NCBI RefSeq assembly: GCF_004010195.1
Contig: NC_057718.1
Location: 44,180,949-44,244,948, forward strand
DNA: 64,000 nucleotides
Source: Chiloscyllium plagiosum
Lineage: Eukaryota
Reading direction: 5' to 3'
The notes beneath the pieces were generated by a model. That model had not been told where the DNA came from and searched no databases. It was given only the letters and a program-made list of their open reading frames with translations. The position numbers and the translations under genes are program-made. This document shows positions 27,561 to 39,497 of the stretch, piece after piece (positions within the stretch are counted from its first letter, which is position 1; every line of letters starts with the position of its first letter).

Positions 27561-27994
27561 TGAAGTAAATAATCATCAGCTCCTACCAACCATATTCCGG
27601 TTTGTTGTGATAGTTCAAATGAGATTGGCAGAATGGACTAGTACAGAATGAAGGCAACAGCTGAGATTTTCTTAAAGTTGTGGATAATCCAGGGACTTTA
27701 AAAAATAGCAGGCAGAATCAAAAATCCCACCGTCATTTCTGACACATCCTATTTCTGTCAATAAGGGAATGGGGTAAGGACATGAATCACACAGAGGGAA
27801 GCTCAAACTCAACAGAGCTGTTTGAACTCAGTGCTGGGTTCCACAGACCAGATTTTCACTCGAGCACAGGCAGTATTCCCCAGTGTAAGAGTTATAATTT
27901 TTTAGTACATACATTAACACTCATGAAGGGCAAATACAACATTTCTGTAGAAATGTCAAGTTTTGCATCTTCTCTAGTAGGTACATCCACATAC

Positions 27995-28550
27995 TGAATC
28001 AGAAAATTTTCTTCTACACACTTAGCAAATTCCTCTCTATCCACTATCGCAGTCCCAGTCTATGTTTGGAAAGTTGAAATCCCCTACCATAACCATCTTA
28101 TTATTCTTACAGATAACTGAGTTCTCCTTACAAATTCGTTTTTCAATTCCCCTCTGACTACTGGGGGGGGGGGGGGGGGAGGGGGGTCTATAGTACAATC
28201 CCAATAAGGTGATCAGCCCTTTCTTATTTCTCAGTTCCCACCCAAATAACTCCCCTGGATGTACTCCAGGAATATCCTCCGTAAGTACAACTGCAATGTT
28301 ATTCCTATCAAAAACACCACTCCCCTCCTCTCTTGAACCGCCCCCTCCCCCAATCCTTCCGATAGTATCTGTATCCTGGAACATTAAGCTGCCAGTCCTC
28401 TCCATCCCTGAGCCATGTCTCTGTAATTGCTTTGATATCCCAGTCCCGTGTTCCCAGCCATGCACTGAGTTCATTTGCTTTACCTGTTAGGCCTCTGGCA
28501 TTGAAATAAATGCAGTTTAATTTATCAGTCCTACTTAGTTCCTTGCTTTG
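27995..28550 (-). mobile_element. CR1 LINE endonuclease-domain fragment
   Basis: Minus-strand GWELRNKKGLITLLGLYYRPP...MVGDFNFPNIDW, an APE-type endonuclease. Confidence 0.9.
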
Positions 28551-28552
28551 TT

Positions 28553-29375
28553 CCTCAAAAGTGGAGTTGCAGGTAGATAGGATAGTGAAGAAGGTATTTG
28601 GTATGGTTTCCTTTATTGGTCAATGTGTTGAGTATAGGAGTTGGGAGGTCATGTACAGAATATTGGAATACTGCATGCAGTTCTTGTCTCCCTGCTGCAG
28701 GAAGGACGTTGTGAAATTTGAAAAAGTTCAGGAAAGATTTACAAGGATGTTGCCAGGATTTGAGGGCTTGAGCTCAGGGGAGAGGTTGAACAGGCTGGGA
28801 CTATTTTCCCTGGAGGCTGAGGGGCAACCTTATAGAGGTTTATAAAATCATGACGGGCATGGATAGGGTAAATAGACAAGATCTTTGCTCTGGGGTGAGA
28901 GAGTCCAAAACTAGATTGCATCGGCCTAAGATAAAAGAGTAAAGATTTAAAAGGGACCTAAGGGGCACCTTTTTCACAAAAAGGGTGGTGCGTGTATGGA
29001 ATGAGCTGCCAAAGAAAGTGATGCATGCTATCCACGCTTATGTCTTTTTCACACCGGCGTCATCATTAAGACTGAGATAACAAGAAATTTATTCACCCAG
29101 AGGGTGAATCCTTGGAATTCTCGACCTTAGAGATCAGTGGCAGCTCAAGATTTGAGCATGGTCAAGACAAAATTGGATATATTTCTTGAGAATAATGACA
29201 CCAATTACAGCATTTAAAAGGCATCTGGATGGGTATATGAATAGGAAAGGTATGGAGGGATATGAGCCAACTGCTGGCAAATGGGTCTAGATTAGGTTAA
29301 GATACCAGGTCGGCATGGATGAGTTGGACTGAAGGGTCTATTTCTGTGCTGCATATTTCTATGACTCTGTGACTG
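28553..29375 (+). mobile_element. CR1 LINE 3' fragment containing a 183-nt templated insert
   Basis: KVELQVDRIVKK...LEYCMQF...[11 protein letters not shown], 3' tail CTATGACTCTGTGACT. Insert at 29022-29204. Confidence 0.9.
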
Positions 29376-30189
29376 TATGTCAAGCTTCAAGTTATTTCAA
29401 TTGCCTGTTCTTTAAAAGTTAAAAAGAAAGCCTCTTGTTTCTCTGTTTGAAAAAACGTTGTGCTAGGAGTTTCAATAACTATTATTTGACATTACACTAA
29501 GTAGAATTATTATCATAATATTACTTATTGACTGCTTTCCACAACCCATCACTATTATCATAATGATGAACTGTAAGATCAGAGTTTGATTGACAGTTCA
29601 AAGAGTTGATGAAAGGATTAACTTTCTTGAATAAGGGGTTATGACTACAAGTATTTGTTTTTATAAAAGATTAAGAACTTGAAGGAATGCAAATATATTG
29701 AGTAGGCTTTCATGAATTAGTAGGGGTTTATGCAGTTTAGAACTGTATTTTATTTCATTTCAATATGCTTCCTGAGGTCTGCCAATGGAGGATGCTGAGG
29801 GAAAGGATGGTGGGTTGAAGACATTCATTTGCACAAAACTGCTATTGGGGCTAATGGTTAAATTACAATCGGGTAGGTGGGAGGTCATGAGTTGGCTCAG
29901 GGGCTATAAGAACTAGTAAGGATTTGTAAGATGCATGGGTCAAACAGAATTATCATGTGTGAGCATAGGGAATAAATAGGTTGTGGTGAGCTTTGAGTAG
30001 TGCAGGAGAGAGGTGTTGACAATTAAACAAAATAATTGTACAAAGTCACAGACTTTTAATCCATCTTGGCAACCCACCACCTCCATCGCACCCCCTCCAC
30101 CCCTCCCCAGACTCACCATGAAACAAAGATCCCATCAATGGGGGCACTTTTTTCCCCAGGTGCGAGAATCGAACCAGGAAATTTCCCAA

Positions 30190-30480
30190 CTGTGCACCTG
30201 CCTCTGGGCAAATTCCAACATGGCTGCTGCAAGAACACAAAACATTGACCTGCAGAGTGTTTGCATATGACTGGACACCAGCTGGACATTGAGGGAGAAG
30301 AATTGCTTCTGATTGCAACAAAGCACAGAACCGATGTGTGGCAAAGCACCATTTGCACTCTACATTCCTGACAAAGTTCACTCTTCCTTTATCTCTGTAG
30401 CACAAGAGAAAAACATATAATTAGCTCTGCTCAATTTGAGAATGTCAATGGCGTCCCTTATGCAACAATGGATGGTGAAC
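30190..30480 (-). mobile_element. Harbinger transposase middle-region relic
   Basis: Minus strand QFTIHCCIRDAIDIL..RANYMFF, NQKQFFSLNVQLVS and LQVNVLCSCSSH, matching NRKG.SLNVQLVCD and PGSSHD motifs. Confidence 0.7.
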
Positions 30481-30657
30481 TGTGAGAACAGCAAAAATCT
30501 TCTGTTGAATTCCACAGGCTCACTGCTCTCTGGGTGAAGAAAATACATTATCTTAGTTCTGAGTGACTGACCCATATCCTTAGGACACTGTGATTGTGTA
30601 CATGTGGCCTTCAGCTGTGACCCAACAAACCTGCCTCAGCCCATCTATGCCTCTTAG

Positions 30658-32550
30658 ATTCATAGAATCATAGAATTATACAGCACAGAAACAGACCCTC
30701 TGGTCCAACTCATCCACATGAACCAGATATGCTAATCCAATTTGTCAGCATTTGGCCAATATCCATGTAAACCCTTCCTATTCATATACCCATCCAGATG
30801 CCTTTTAAGCATTGTAATTGTATCCACTTCAACATTTCCTTGGCAGCTCATTCCGTGCACGCACCACCCTCTGCACGAAAAGGTTACCTCTCAACTTAAA
30901 TCTATGCCCTTTACTTTTGTACTTCTTTACCCTCGGAAAAAAAGATCTTGGCTATTCATCCAATCCATGCACCTCATGATTTTATAAACCTGTATAAAGT
31001 CACCCTTCAGTCTCCAGGGAGGAAAGCTCCAGTGTCTTCAGCCCCCTCCAATCCAAACACCATCCTTGTAAACCTCTTCTGAACTTTTTCAAGTTTAACA
31101 ATAGCTTTCCTGTAGCAGGTAGGCCAGAATTGAACACAGTATTCTAAAAGGGGCCTCACTAATGTCCTGTACAACTGCAATATGAGTCCAATCCCTATAC
31201 TCAATGCACTGATCAATGAGCATGAGTGCCAAACCACCCTGTCTACTTGCGACTCCACTTTCAAGGAACTATGAACCTGCACCCCCAGGTCTTTGTTCAG
31301 CAACACTCCCCAGAGCCCTACCATTAAGTATATAAGTCCTTTCCTGCTCTGCCCTGGTTTGCCTTACCAAAACGCAGCATCTCACATTTACGTAAATTAA
31401 ACTCTATGTGCCAATCCTTGGCCTATTAGTCCATCTGATCAAGGTCCCATTTAACTTTGAAGTACCCTTCTTCACTGTCCATACAAATCCAATTTTGGTA
31501 TCATCTGCAATGTTACTAACCATCCAAATCATTTATATAAATGATATAAACCAGTAGACCCAGCACCGATCTTTGTGGCACAGCACTGGTCACAGACCTC
31601 CAGTCCGAAAAACAATCCTCTACCACCACTCTCTGTCTCCTATCTCCAATTGATTAGCTCTCCTTGGATTCCAAGTGACCTAACCTTGCTAACCAATCTA
31701 CCATGCAGAACCTTGCTGAATACCTTACGGAAATCCATGTAGACAAAGTCTACTGCTCTTCCTTCATCAATCTTCTTTGTGACCTCTTCAAAAACTCAAT
31801 TAAATTAGTCAGATATGATTTCCCAAGCATAAAGCCGAGTTGGCTATCCTTAACCAGCCCTTGCCTTTCCAAGTGCACATAAATCCTGTCCCTCAGAATT
31901 CCACTCCAACAACCTACCCACCTCTGATGTCAGGCTCACCGGTCTGTAGTTCCCTGACTTTTCCTCATCACCTTTCTTAAATAATGGCACCACATTACCC
32001 ACCTCAGTCTTCCTCACCCATGACTGTAGACAATACATATATCTCATCAAAGGGCCCAGAAATCTCTTCCTTAGCTTCCCACGAAGCTTTGGAATACACC
32101 TAATCAGGTCCCATGGATCTATCTGCTTTTATGCTTTTTAAGACCTCCTGAACCTGCTCGTCTGTAATATGGACACTTTTTAAGACATAGGAGAAAGTGA
32201 GGACTGCAGATCTTGGAGAGTCAAACATGAAAAGGGCAGCGCTGGAAAAGCACAGCAGGTAGGGCAGCATCTGAGGAGCAGGACATCAGTAGTTATTTCC
32301 CCAAGTTCCTTATCTTCCATGTCCTTGTTCACAGTAAATACTAACATGAAATATTCATTTGGTATCTCACTCATCTCCTGTGGTTCCAGACATAGAGGCC
32401 ACATTGATCTTTAAGGAGCCCTATTCACTCCCTAATTACTCTTTTGTTTCCTTGACCCCAGCTGCCAATGCCTGACATATGCTTCCTTCTTTTCTTGACC
32501 TGAGCCTCAATTTTTTGAGCCATCCAACATTCCCTGCACCTACCAGCCTT
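30658..32550 (-). mobile_element. CR1 LINE (RT to 3' end), interrupted by a Penelope-like terminal fragment at about 32189-32281
   Basis: VVPLFKKGDEEKSGNYRPVSLTS and [17 protein letters not shown] motifs, (ATTCTATG)n tail. The insert is flanked by GACAT on both sides. Confidence 0.9.
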
Positions 32551-34404
32551 CAATAAATCTTCTCACAGCTTGTCTTACTCTGTGTGACCTTTGATCGTTT
32601 TCCAAATCATGTTGCATTCCAAAGGAATGTCTACTAGTGCACCTATGTCAGGAGATAACTGACTTGTTCAGAAGCCTTAAAGTCAGAACAACTGCCTTTA
32701 AAACCTGCCAAGCCACTCACTGTTTCTGACTTTAGAAATGCAGAAAAACTCTAGAAAGGATAAAATCTTGTAAACTCATAGCAACAACCCGTCACCATCT
32801 ATCTACAAGTACTAATCCTGTTAAAGTCCTTCCTGATTACTGGACCAATGTTCAGCCATGAATGATGAAGAGTCAGTGTTAGCTGGAGTACTGAGCTCCA
32901 AATGGCAGCATTAACATCAAATCAGAGTGACTTGTTTGTTGAAGCCATGATTTGTCAATTTGCATAATTCCTGCATATGCTAAATGTGTGCTAACTAATT
33001 TTGTCACTAATATGGCTTTTGGCATGACTCACATAGGAAGTAACTAAAGGAGCCAAGGACACCATTTTAAACCACTAAGGCTACTTATCACATCCCAAAA
33101 GCTAGGTCGAGACATTAGAATTTTGCATCCATTTTTGACCATGCTCTGTATGGACACATATAAATCAAATACCAATGGAATAATACATTGTCTGATTTAT
33201 TTCCAACTGTTCGTATTATTTTAAAAACTGTGCACAAATTAAGGATTCAAAGCTCGAAGTCTGAAAAATGTTTGTTACCAAATACCTGTACAAGCACTCA
33301 GAATGTGTTTATTGTTTTCAAACCAATCAGGTCGAAAAGGAAGCCAGTTGCAGCCAAAGGTGCAGACTGTCACTCAGAATCAGGGCTAAATTTATAATGG
33401 AAAGTTGACTTATCCTTTGGAGATCTTCCAATTTTGGCCACTTGCGCAATCCTAATTTTAATCACTATTATTGACAGCTGTGCTTTCAGCTGCTGTCGCC
33501 TTAAACTCTGGTATTCCCACAATAAAATTGTTCTTCTCTCGATCAGTCTCTACTCCATTAAGAAGTTCCTTCAAACACAACCCTTTGACCAAGGATAGGG
33601 TCATCTGTTCCAGTATCACATTTGTGGAGTCAAATGTTGTTTTTTGGTAGTGTTATGAAATAGGATATTTTACTGTATTATAGGTAATATATAAATGGTC
33701 TTGATATTGCTCGAGAGTTGCAGCTTAATTAAATGCAGCTTAGCAGAGAGTCCAAGCTGTGATCATCACACAATTTCTTGTGTGTCTTCACAACATATTC
33801 TATACTGACCTCAAAATATGTTACAGATTTCTCCAAAATGACAGGATCCTGAATTCATCAGTTGTTTCTATATATAATGATTGGAATAAAGGGTTAAATC
33901 AAACGTTTATGATGTGATGATAAAAGCACCAGTTGAGGAGGTAAACAGAGTATATGGTAGAAAGTTTACCTCATTTAGATAATTTGAAAATGGTCTGGAA
34001 ATCCTTAGGTCACTTCTGCATGCTTACACTGGGTAGTGTCACTTTGGCATGAATTAAACTTGAGCAAATGCAGCTTCTTTTGCATTGCTAGTTCATCTGC
34101 TTATGCCTGTATGAAATGCTGGCACTCAGCTGCCAGTTGAGGTAGAATGCCAAAATCTGACCACAACCTGACCTCAGAGTCTTATTGCCTCAGGAGGTCC
34201 AGACCAGTTGTGCTGTCGGTCTTGCCAGGTTCAGGAGTGGCTTAAGTCTGTCAACAAATTTAGCTTGTGGACAGAAATTCCACCATGAGTGGCAGAATTT
34301 TGACAGAATTTCTGTCCCATGGAATATAATACTGGAAGAGGATTACTGATTGGCAAATTTTGCATTCTGTACCAAATAATCCACTGCAGAAATTGAAGAC
34401 TGAT

Positions 34405-35060
34405 GATAGACAATAGACAATAGGTGCAGGAGTAGGCCATTCAGCCCTTCGAGCCTGCACCGCCATTCAACATGATCATGGCTGATCATTCCTAATCAAT
34501 ATCCTGTTCCTGCCTTATCTCCATAACCCTTGATTCCACTATCTTTGAGAGCTCTATCCAACTCTTTCTTAAATGAATCCAGAGACTGGGCTCTGGGGCA
34601 GAGCATTCCACACAGCCACCACTCTTTGGGTGAAGAAGTTTCTCCTCATCTCTGTCCTAAATGGTCTACCCCGTATTTTTAAGCTGTGTCCTCTGGTTCG
34701 GCACTCACCCATCAGCGGAAACATGTTTCCTGCTGCCAGAGTGTCCAATCCTTTCATAATCTTCTCCGTCTCAATCAGATCCCCTCTCAGTCTTCTAAAT
34801 TCAAGGGTATACAAGCCCAGTCGCTTCAGTCTTTCAGTGTAAGGTAATCCCGCCATTTCAGGAATTGACCTCGTGAACCTACGCTGCACTCCCTCAATAG
34901 CCAGAATGTCTTTCCTCAAATTTGGAGACCAGAACTGCACACAGTACTCCAGGTGTGGTCTCACCAGGGCCCTGTACAGCTGCAGAAGCACCTCTTTGCT
35001 TCTATACTCAATTCCTCTTGTTATGAAGGCCAGCATGCTATTAGCCTTCTTCACTACCTG
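34405..35060 (-). mobile_element. Young CR1 LINE 3' fragment (distinct subfamily)
   Basis: Long open ORF2 C-terminal frame ([41 protein letters not shown]...FTQRVVAVWNALP); (TTGTCTA)n tail. Confidence 0.95.
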
Positions 35061-35878
35061 ATTTAAAATTTGTTACAAATAGTCCTGACAGAAGTTCGAA
35101 GCAGGGAGAATAATATAATTTATACCACAGCACTTGGCTGCAAAGAGAAAAAGTAGCAAGTGTGAGGTGATAATTTAAACATTCAATGTGAAAACTGTCT
35201 AAAACTAAAACATTTTATTCATTGATGTTAGGGGAACAGAAATCATCCCCTAGGACCCGATGCACAAACATCAGTACACAAGTTCTTAGACATGCATTAC
35301 AGACATAATTTAACTTACATCAAACACATGTAGCTACTAAAACATAGAACATACCCATCAAGTTGTTAATCAAAGTAATTATTGTGTAAATGTTCCAATT
35401 AGAGTTTACCAGTACAAGGTGATCATTAATTATACGGTTTGGCAAAAGGCTCTAAACCCCAGGATATAAGTTAGATCAGGATATAGATGAATGCCACATC
35501 ATTCTCCTGCCCCAAACCCTGCCCTCGATCCCCACCATTCCCCCTTTACTTTAGTGGATTGGTTAAAATTCTGAAATCAGAATAACATTCCGTAAATGAT
35601 ATTGTGGTGCTGGCCACTCCCGATGCTTAGAGGACGCAAAATGATTCATGAAGATAAAACTTATGCAGAGAGGGAAGAATTTCTGTTCTCCCAATTATCT
35701 GTCATGGATTTGGCAGGAGATCAGAAGAAACACTTGAGAAGTGGCATAAACTGACTGTGAATGGGCAAATCTCTGGAAATTTTATGCATTTAATAATAAA
35801 AATCAATATTTAACTGTAATAAGATAAACATAAATGACTTTATATAAAGGACATGGATTGTCTCTTTGTTTGATACAG

Positions 35879-35986
35879 GTCTTCAGCCGCACACTGACCA
35901 CAGTGTCACAGTGATTGTGTGCACTTCTGCTGGAAGCAGCACAAGTCCATTTGCAACAGACCAGACTCTGCAAGCTTCTCCTGAAG
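35879..35986 (+). pseudogene. Usherin-like exon (about human exon 56), frame and splice sites intact
   Basis: cag|GT...GAAG|gtatga, 108 nt: LQPHTDHSVTVIVCTSAGSSTSPFATDQTLQASPEG versus human LQPYTNYSFTLTACTSAGCTSSEPFLGQTLQAAPEG. Confidence 0.92.
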
Positions 35987-36529
35987 GTATGAGAAATCAA
36001 TTGTATGAGTAAAATCATTCTTACGAGCAGTTTTCAAGTCTAGAACACAGTGCTACATAAACTCATTTTGCAGTTTTCATCCTGGTTCAGTATGTCAAAA
36101 TAAGGTCAAAACATTCCCCATATGGTATCTATGACATAACCATGTCAGTCTGACAAGCCTGGGTTTTGGTTGACTGAAAGGTGGCATGTACACGCTTTTT
36201 TTAAAGACATGCATTCACCTCCAACGTGCACAGTGGGAGATAGGATCAAGAAGAAACTAGGTAAGTAGAACAATTTAACCTTCATTTTACAGGGAGGAAC
36301 AGCTAAAAAGATAATTTAGGTTAGTTAGGAAGAAAAGTAAAGCAAAAGCTAAAAATGATAGGCCATATGGAGAAAAGAGTGAGCAACCACAAAAAATTGG
36401 GAATGTGAAGGACATTGTGAACAGAAATAAGGAGTATTTTAACATAAGAGTGATTCCAGCAAGAAAGCAAATTAATTTTCTGTCCATCAATGACAGAAGG
36501 ATGACTTTGACAATTTTAACCACTGGGCT

Positions 36530-37430
36530 GTACTTAAATGTCACACGTCTATTTTCAGTCAGGCGGATGAGCTTGCAGATTGTCTACCTGCTACTCCCAA
36601 TTGGTGTGAATTGGGTAACTGCCAACTTTAGATTCAAAGGCTGAAAAAGAATTTCCTGAGGTCAAGTGAATCAGGAGTAGGAGGGAAGTATCCAAGACAC
36701 AGCGGCTGCAATTATCCACTTGCTTGAATGATTGCAGCTCCAATAACATGCAAGATGCTTGACACCATACAGGACAAATCAATCCATTAGCACGCTGCCC
36801 ACCACCTTATATATTCACTATCTCCACCACTGGTGCACAGTCGCAGTACATACCACAATCAAGACGTACTATCTACAACATGCACAACGCTCTTTCAACG
36901 TAACAAGTGAGGACTGCATAGGGTGGAGATGAGAGTCGAAAAGTATGGCACTGGAAAAGCATACCTTATGCTCAAAATGTTGACTCTCCTGCTCCTTGGA
37001 TGCTGCCTGACCAGCTGTACTTTTCCAGTGCCGCACTTTTTGAAGCTGGAAAAACACAGCAGGTCAGGCAGCATCCAAGGAGCAAGCAAATCGACATTTA
37101 GGGCAGAAGCCTGCCACCAGGAATGATGAAGGGCTTATGCCCATGACCTGCTGTGTTTTTCCAGCAACACACTTTTTGGTTCCTTCAACTCAGCCTTCCA
37201 TGTCAGGATCCTTACCACTTGGAAGATCAAAGGCATCATGCATATAACACCCACAAGTTTTCCTCCAATCCACACAGTATCCTCATTTGGAAGTGAATTG
37301 TTATTGTCCTAGAAATGTCTTCCGTATAGCATTATGGATGTAGCTACACCAGATAAATTGTATGATTCAAGAAGGGGGACACACCCTAACTTTCCCAAGA
37401 GCAATTGGGAATAGGCAACAAATGTTTGCA
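36530..37430 (+). mobile_element. Old CR1/L2-like LINE 3' fragment (family of 16320-19310) with a nested Penelope-like palindrome at about 36903-37180
   Basis: PITCKMLDTIQDK motif and GCAATTGGGAATAGGCAA tail. Internal alternating-orientation copies of the GCTGGAAAAGCACAGC terminus. Confidence 0.7.
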
Positions 37431-38724
37431 ATAAACATTTTACAGGAAGGATTTTTTTTTTAAATTATCCTTGTGGGGCTACAGAAGCACTTTCTATGCC
37501 CCAAGTTATGGTAAATGACTGCAAATGCTGAAACTCAGTAGGTCTGGAAGCATTCTGTGGAGACATAAAAAGAGAAAATGTTTAGAATTTGATATGGTTT
37601 AGTTCACTGTCACTTCACTTCCAGGTCTGCCTACCTTGAAGAAGTTCTCACCTTCTTTCCAATGGGTTTTCTATTTTAATCATTCAGTGTGTTTATTCTC
37701 ATCTGCCTCTTATGTCAGATAAAATATTTGCTGAAACTTACTTTCAGAGTACAGCTTCTTCCTCTGTAAGCTGTTTGGTTCTAGCTTATCCCACAAGGAT
37801 TCCAGCTGAAGTTCCATCCTTATGTCTCTAACCCAACCAAGGTTACAGTTATCTCCAAAACATACATGCTCCTCAGACAGCTGCTCTCATATATCCTGGG
37901 GTCCACATTTAGTGCCATGTGCCACCACATGCATAAGCTTGACCTCTCTTTTCATCAGCACCCAGTCCCCTGTTCCATTTCATTCTTAGTCTCATCTGAT
38001 GCTTTCATAATTTTTTTTCTCTTCTTTTCAGCTGTTAAGGAATGGAGTCATGCCATGCTTCTCTCTCCATGGATACTGCCCGACTTGCTGAATTCTCCAT
38101 GTTTACTTCTTTACCTTTAGCTTCACAAAGGAATGTTTCTGACTAGCCTCAAGGAATTTTTATTCCTTCCTATAGGTGGTTAAACTGCCATAATTTGGCA
38201 AAAGAGCCATAGCAGCTTAATTCCTTCACCTAAGGTTAAATAGCACAGGAATAGGTTGTGAATGGTATAAATTCACAAGGCCATCTTTTGTCTTGTGAAA
38301 GGACCTCAGTTAGTCAGGTTTTCCATCAAAATCCACCCAAAGTTTTTTTTCAACAATTTTCAGTAACAATTGATTTACCTTTGTATATTTTAGTTCTGTA
38401 GAATTAGAATTAGAACAAGAAAACATATTTGATTTTTGAGTAATATTCTTAATCGACCATTAAAGCTCAATCAAAATGTGTGAATTTAAGAAGCAATATT
38501 TCAGATTGGCCAGTGGACAGGATTTCTCCAGCCTCAAAGTCAATCTACAGGTTAATTTTTAGAGATCATAAATCATGAAAAATTTCAACATGAGCAAAAT
38601 GGTCCTTTTCTGCACAAACGTAATGCAAATACAGGTTTCAGAGATTCAGTCATAAAATACTTAATGTACTGTGAACAAAATAATGCTTCCTCAGCAAACA
38701 AACTTGTCTTTATTTTTCTTGTAG

Positions 38725-38908
38725 GTATTTGGCCAAACCCTTATCATATTACTGTAAGCCCCAACATTGTGGAACTCTATTGGACAGTGCCAATAAAGCC
38801 AAATGGGTTCACCATTCAATACTATTTACTCCACAATGATACAGTCATCTTCACTGGTGGCAGTGTATGTCTCAACCATATAGATACTGGCTTTCAGCCC
38901 AACACAAG
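38725..38908 (+). pseudogene. Usherin-like exon (about human exon 57), frame and splice sites intact
   Basis: Pyrimidine tract + tag| ... AG|gtaaaa, 184 nt: GIWPNPYHITVSPNIVELYWTVPIKPNGFTIQYYLLHNDTVIFTGGSVCLNHIDTGFQPNTR versus human GVWVTPRHIIINSTTVELYWSLPEKPNGLVSQYQLSRNGNLLFLGGSEEQNFTDKNLEPNSR. Confidence 0.93.
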
Positions 38909-39497
38909 GTAAAACTTTTGCAGATCTTTAACAAGCTTTTAAGCAGTGATTATTGGTGATATCCAATCTGTGAGAGTCTGAAAGAATCTTTTGACTTGCT
39001 CTTAAAAAGCCAAACAGTGGTGATACTTAATCATTAAAATTAAAAAAAATCTTTAGGAGAGCTCTTAAAAGACAAATATTGGTGATATTCAATCACCTAC
39101 TGTCTTTTGTGACTCCTCTTGTTTATTGATGTGCTTTAATGATTGTGCTCTATGTCAGCTTCTCTTTTATCTCCTTTATCTGAGTGGGAATTAAAAATAC
39201 ATTGCAAGTTGCTGAGATATACATGAGCTAAACATTAATATAATTGCTAGAGTACCATTTCTACATAGATTACAATCTCATTTTAAATATTATAGGCACA
39301 GGAATGATATTTTTATCATACTGTTTGTATTGTGTGCATCAAATTACAAAATAAATGTGTTAATGACTCTTGTAAAATACTCACAAAGGAATTTAATGTT
39401 AACACATCAATGTGCTGAAAATAGCATGCAGAAGAATACCAATCCCATTCTCATCTATTTTTAAATTAAAAGTCCAGAACTTGCAGCCAGACATGTT

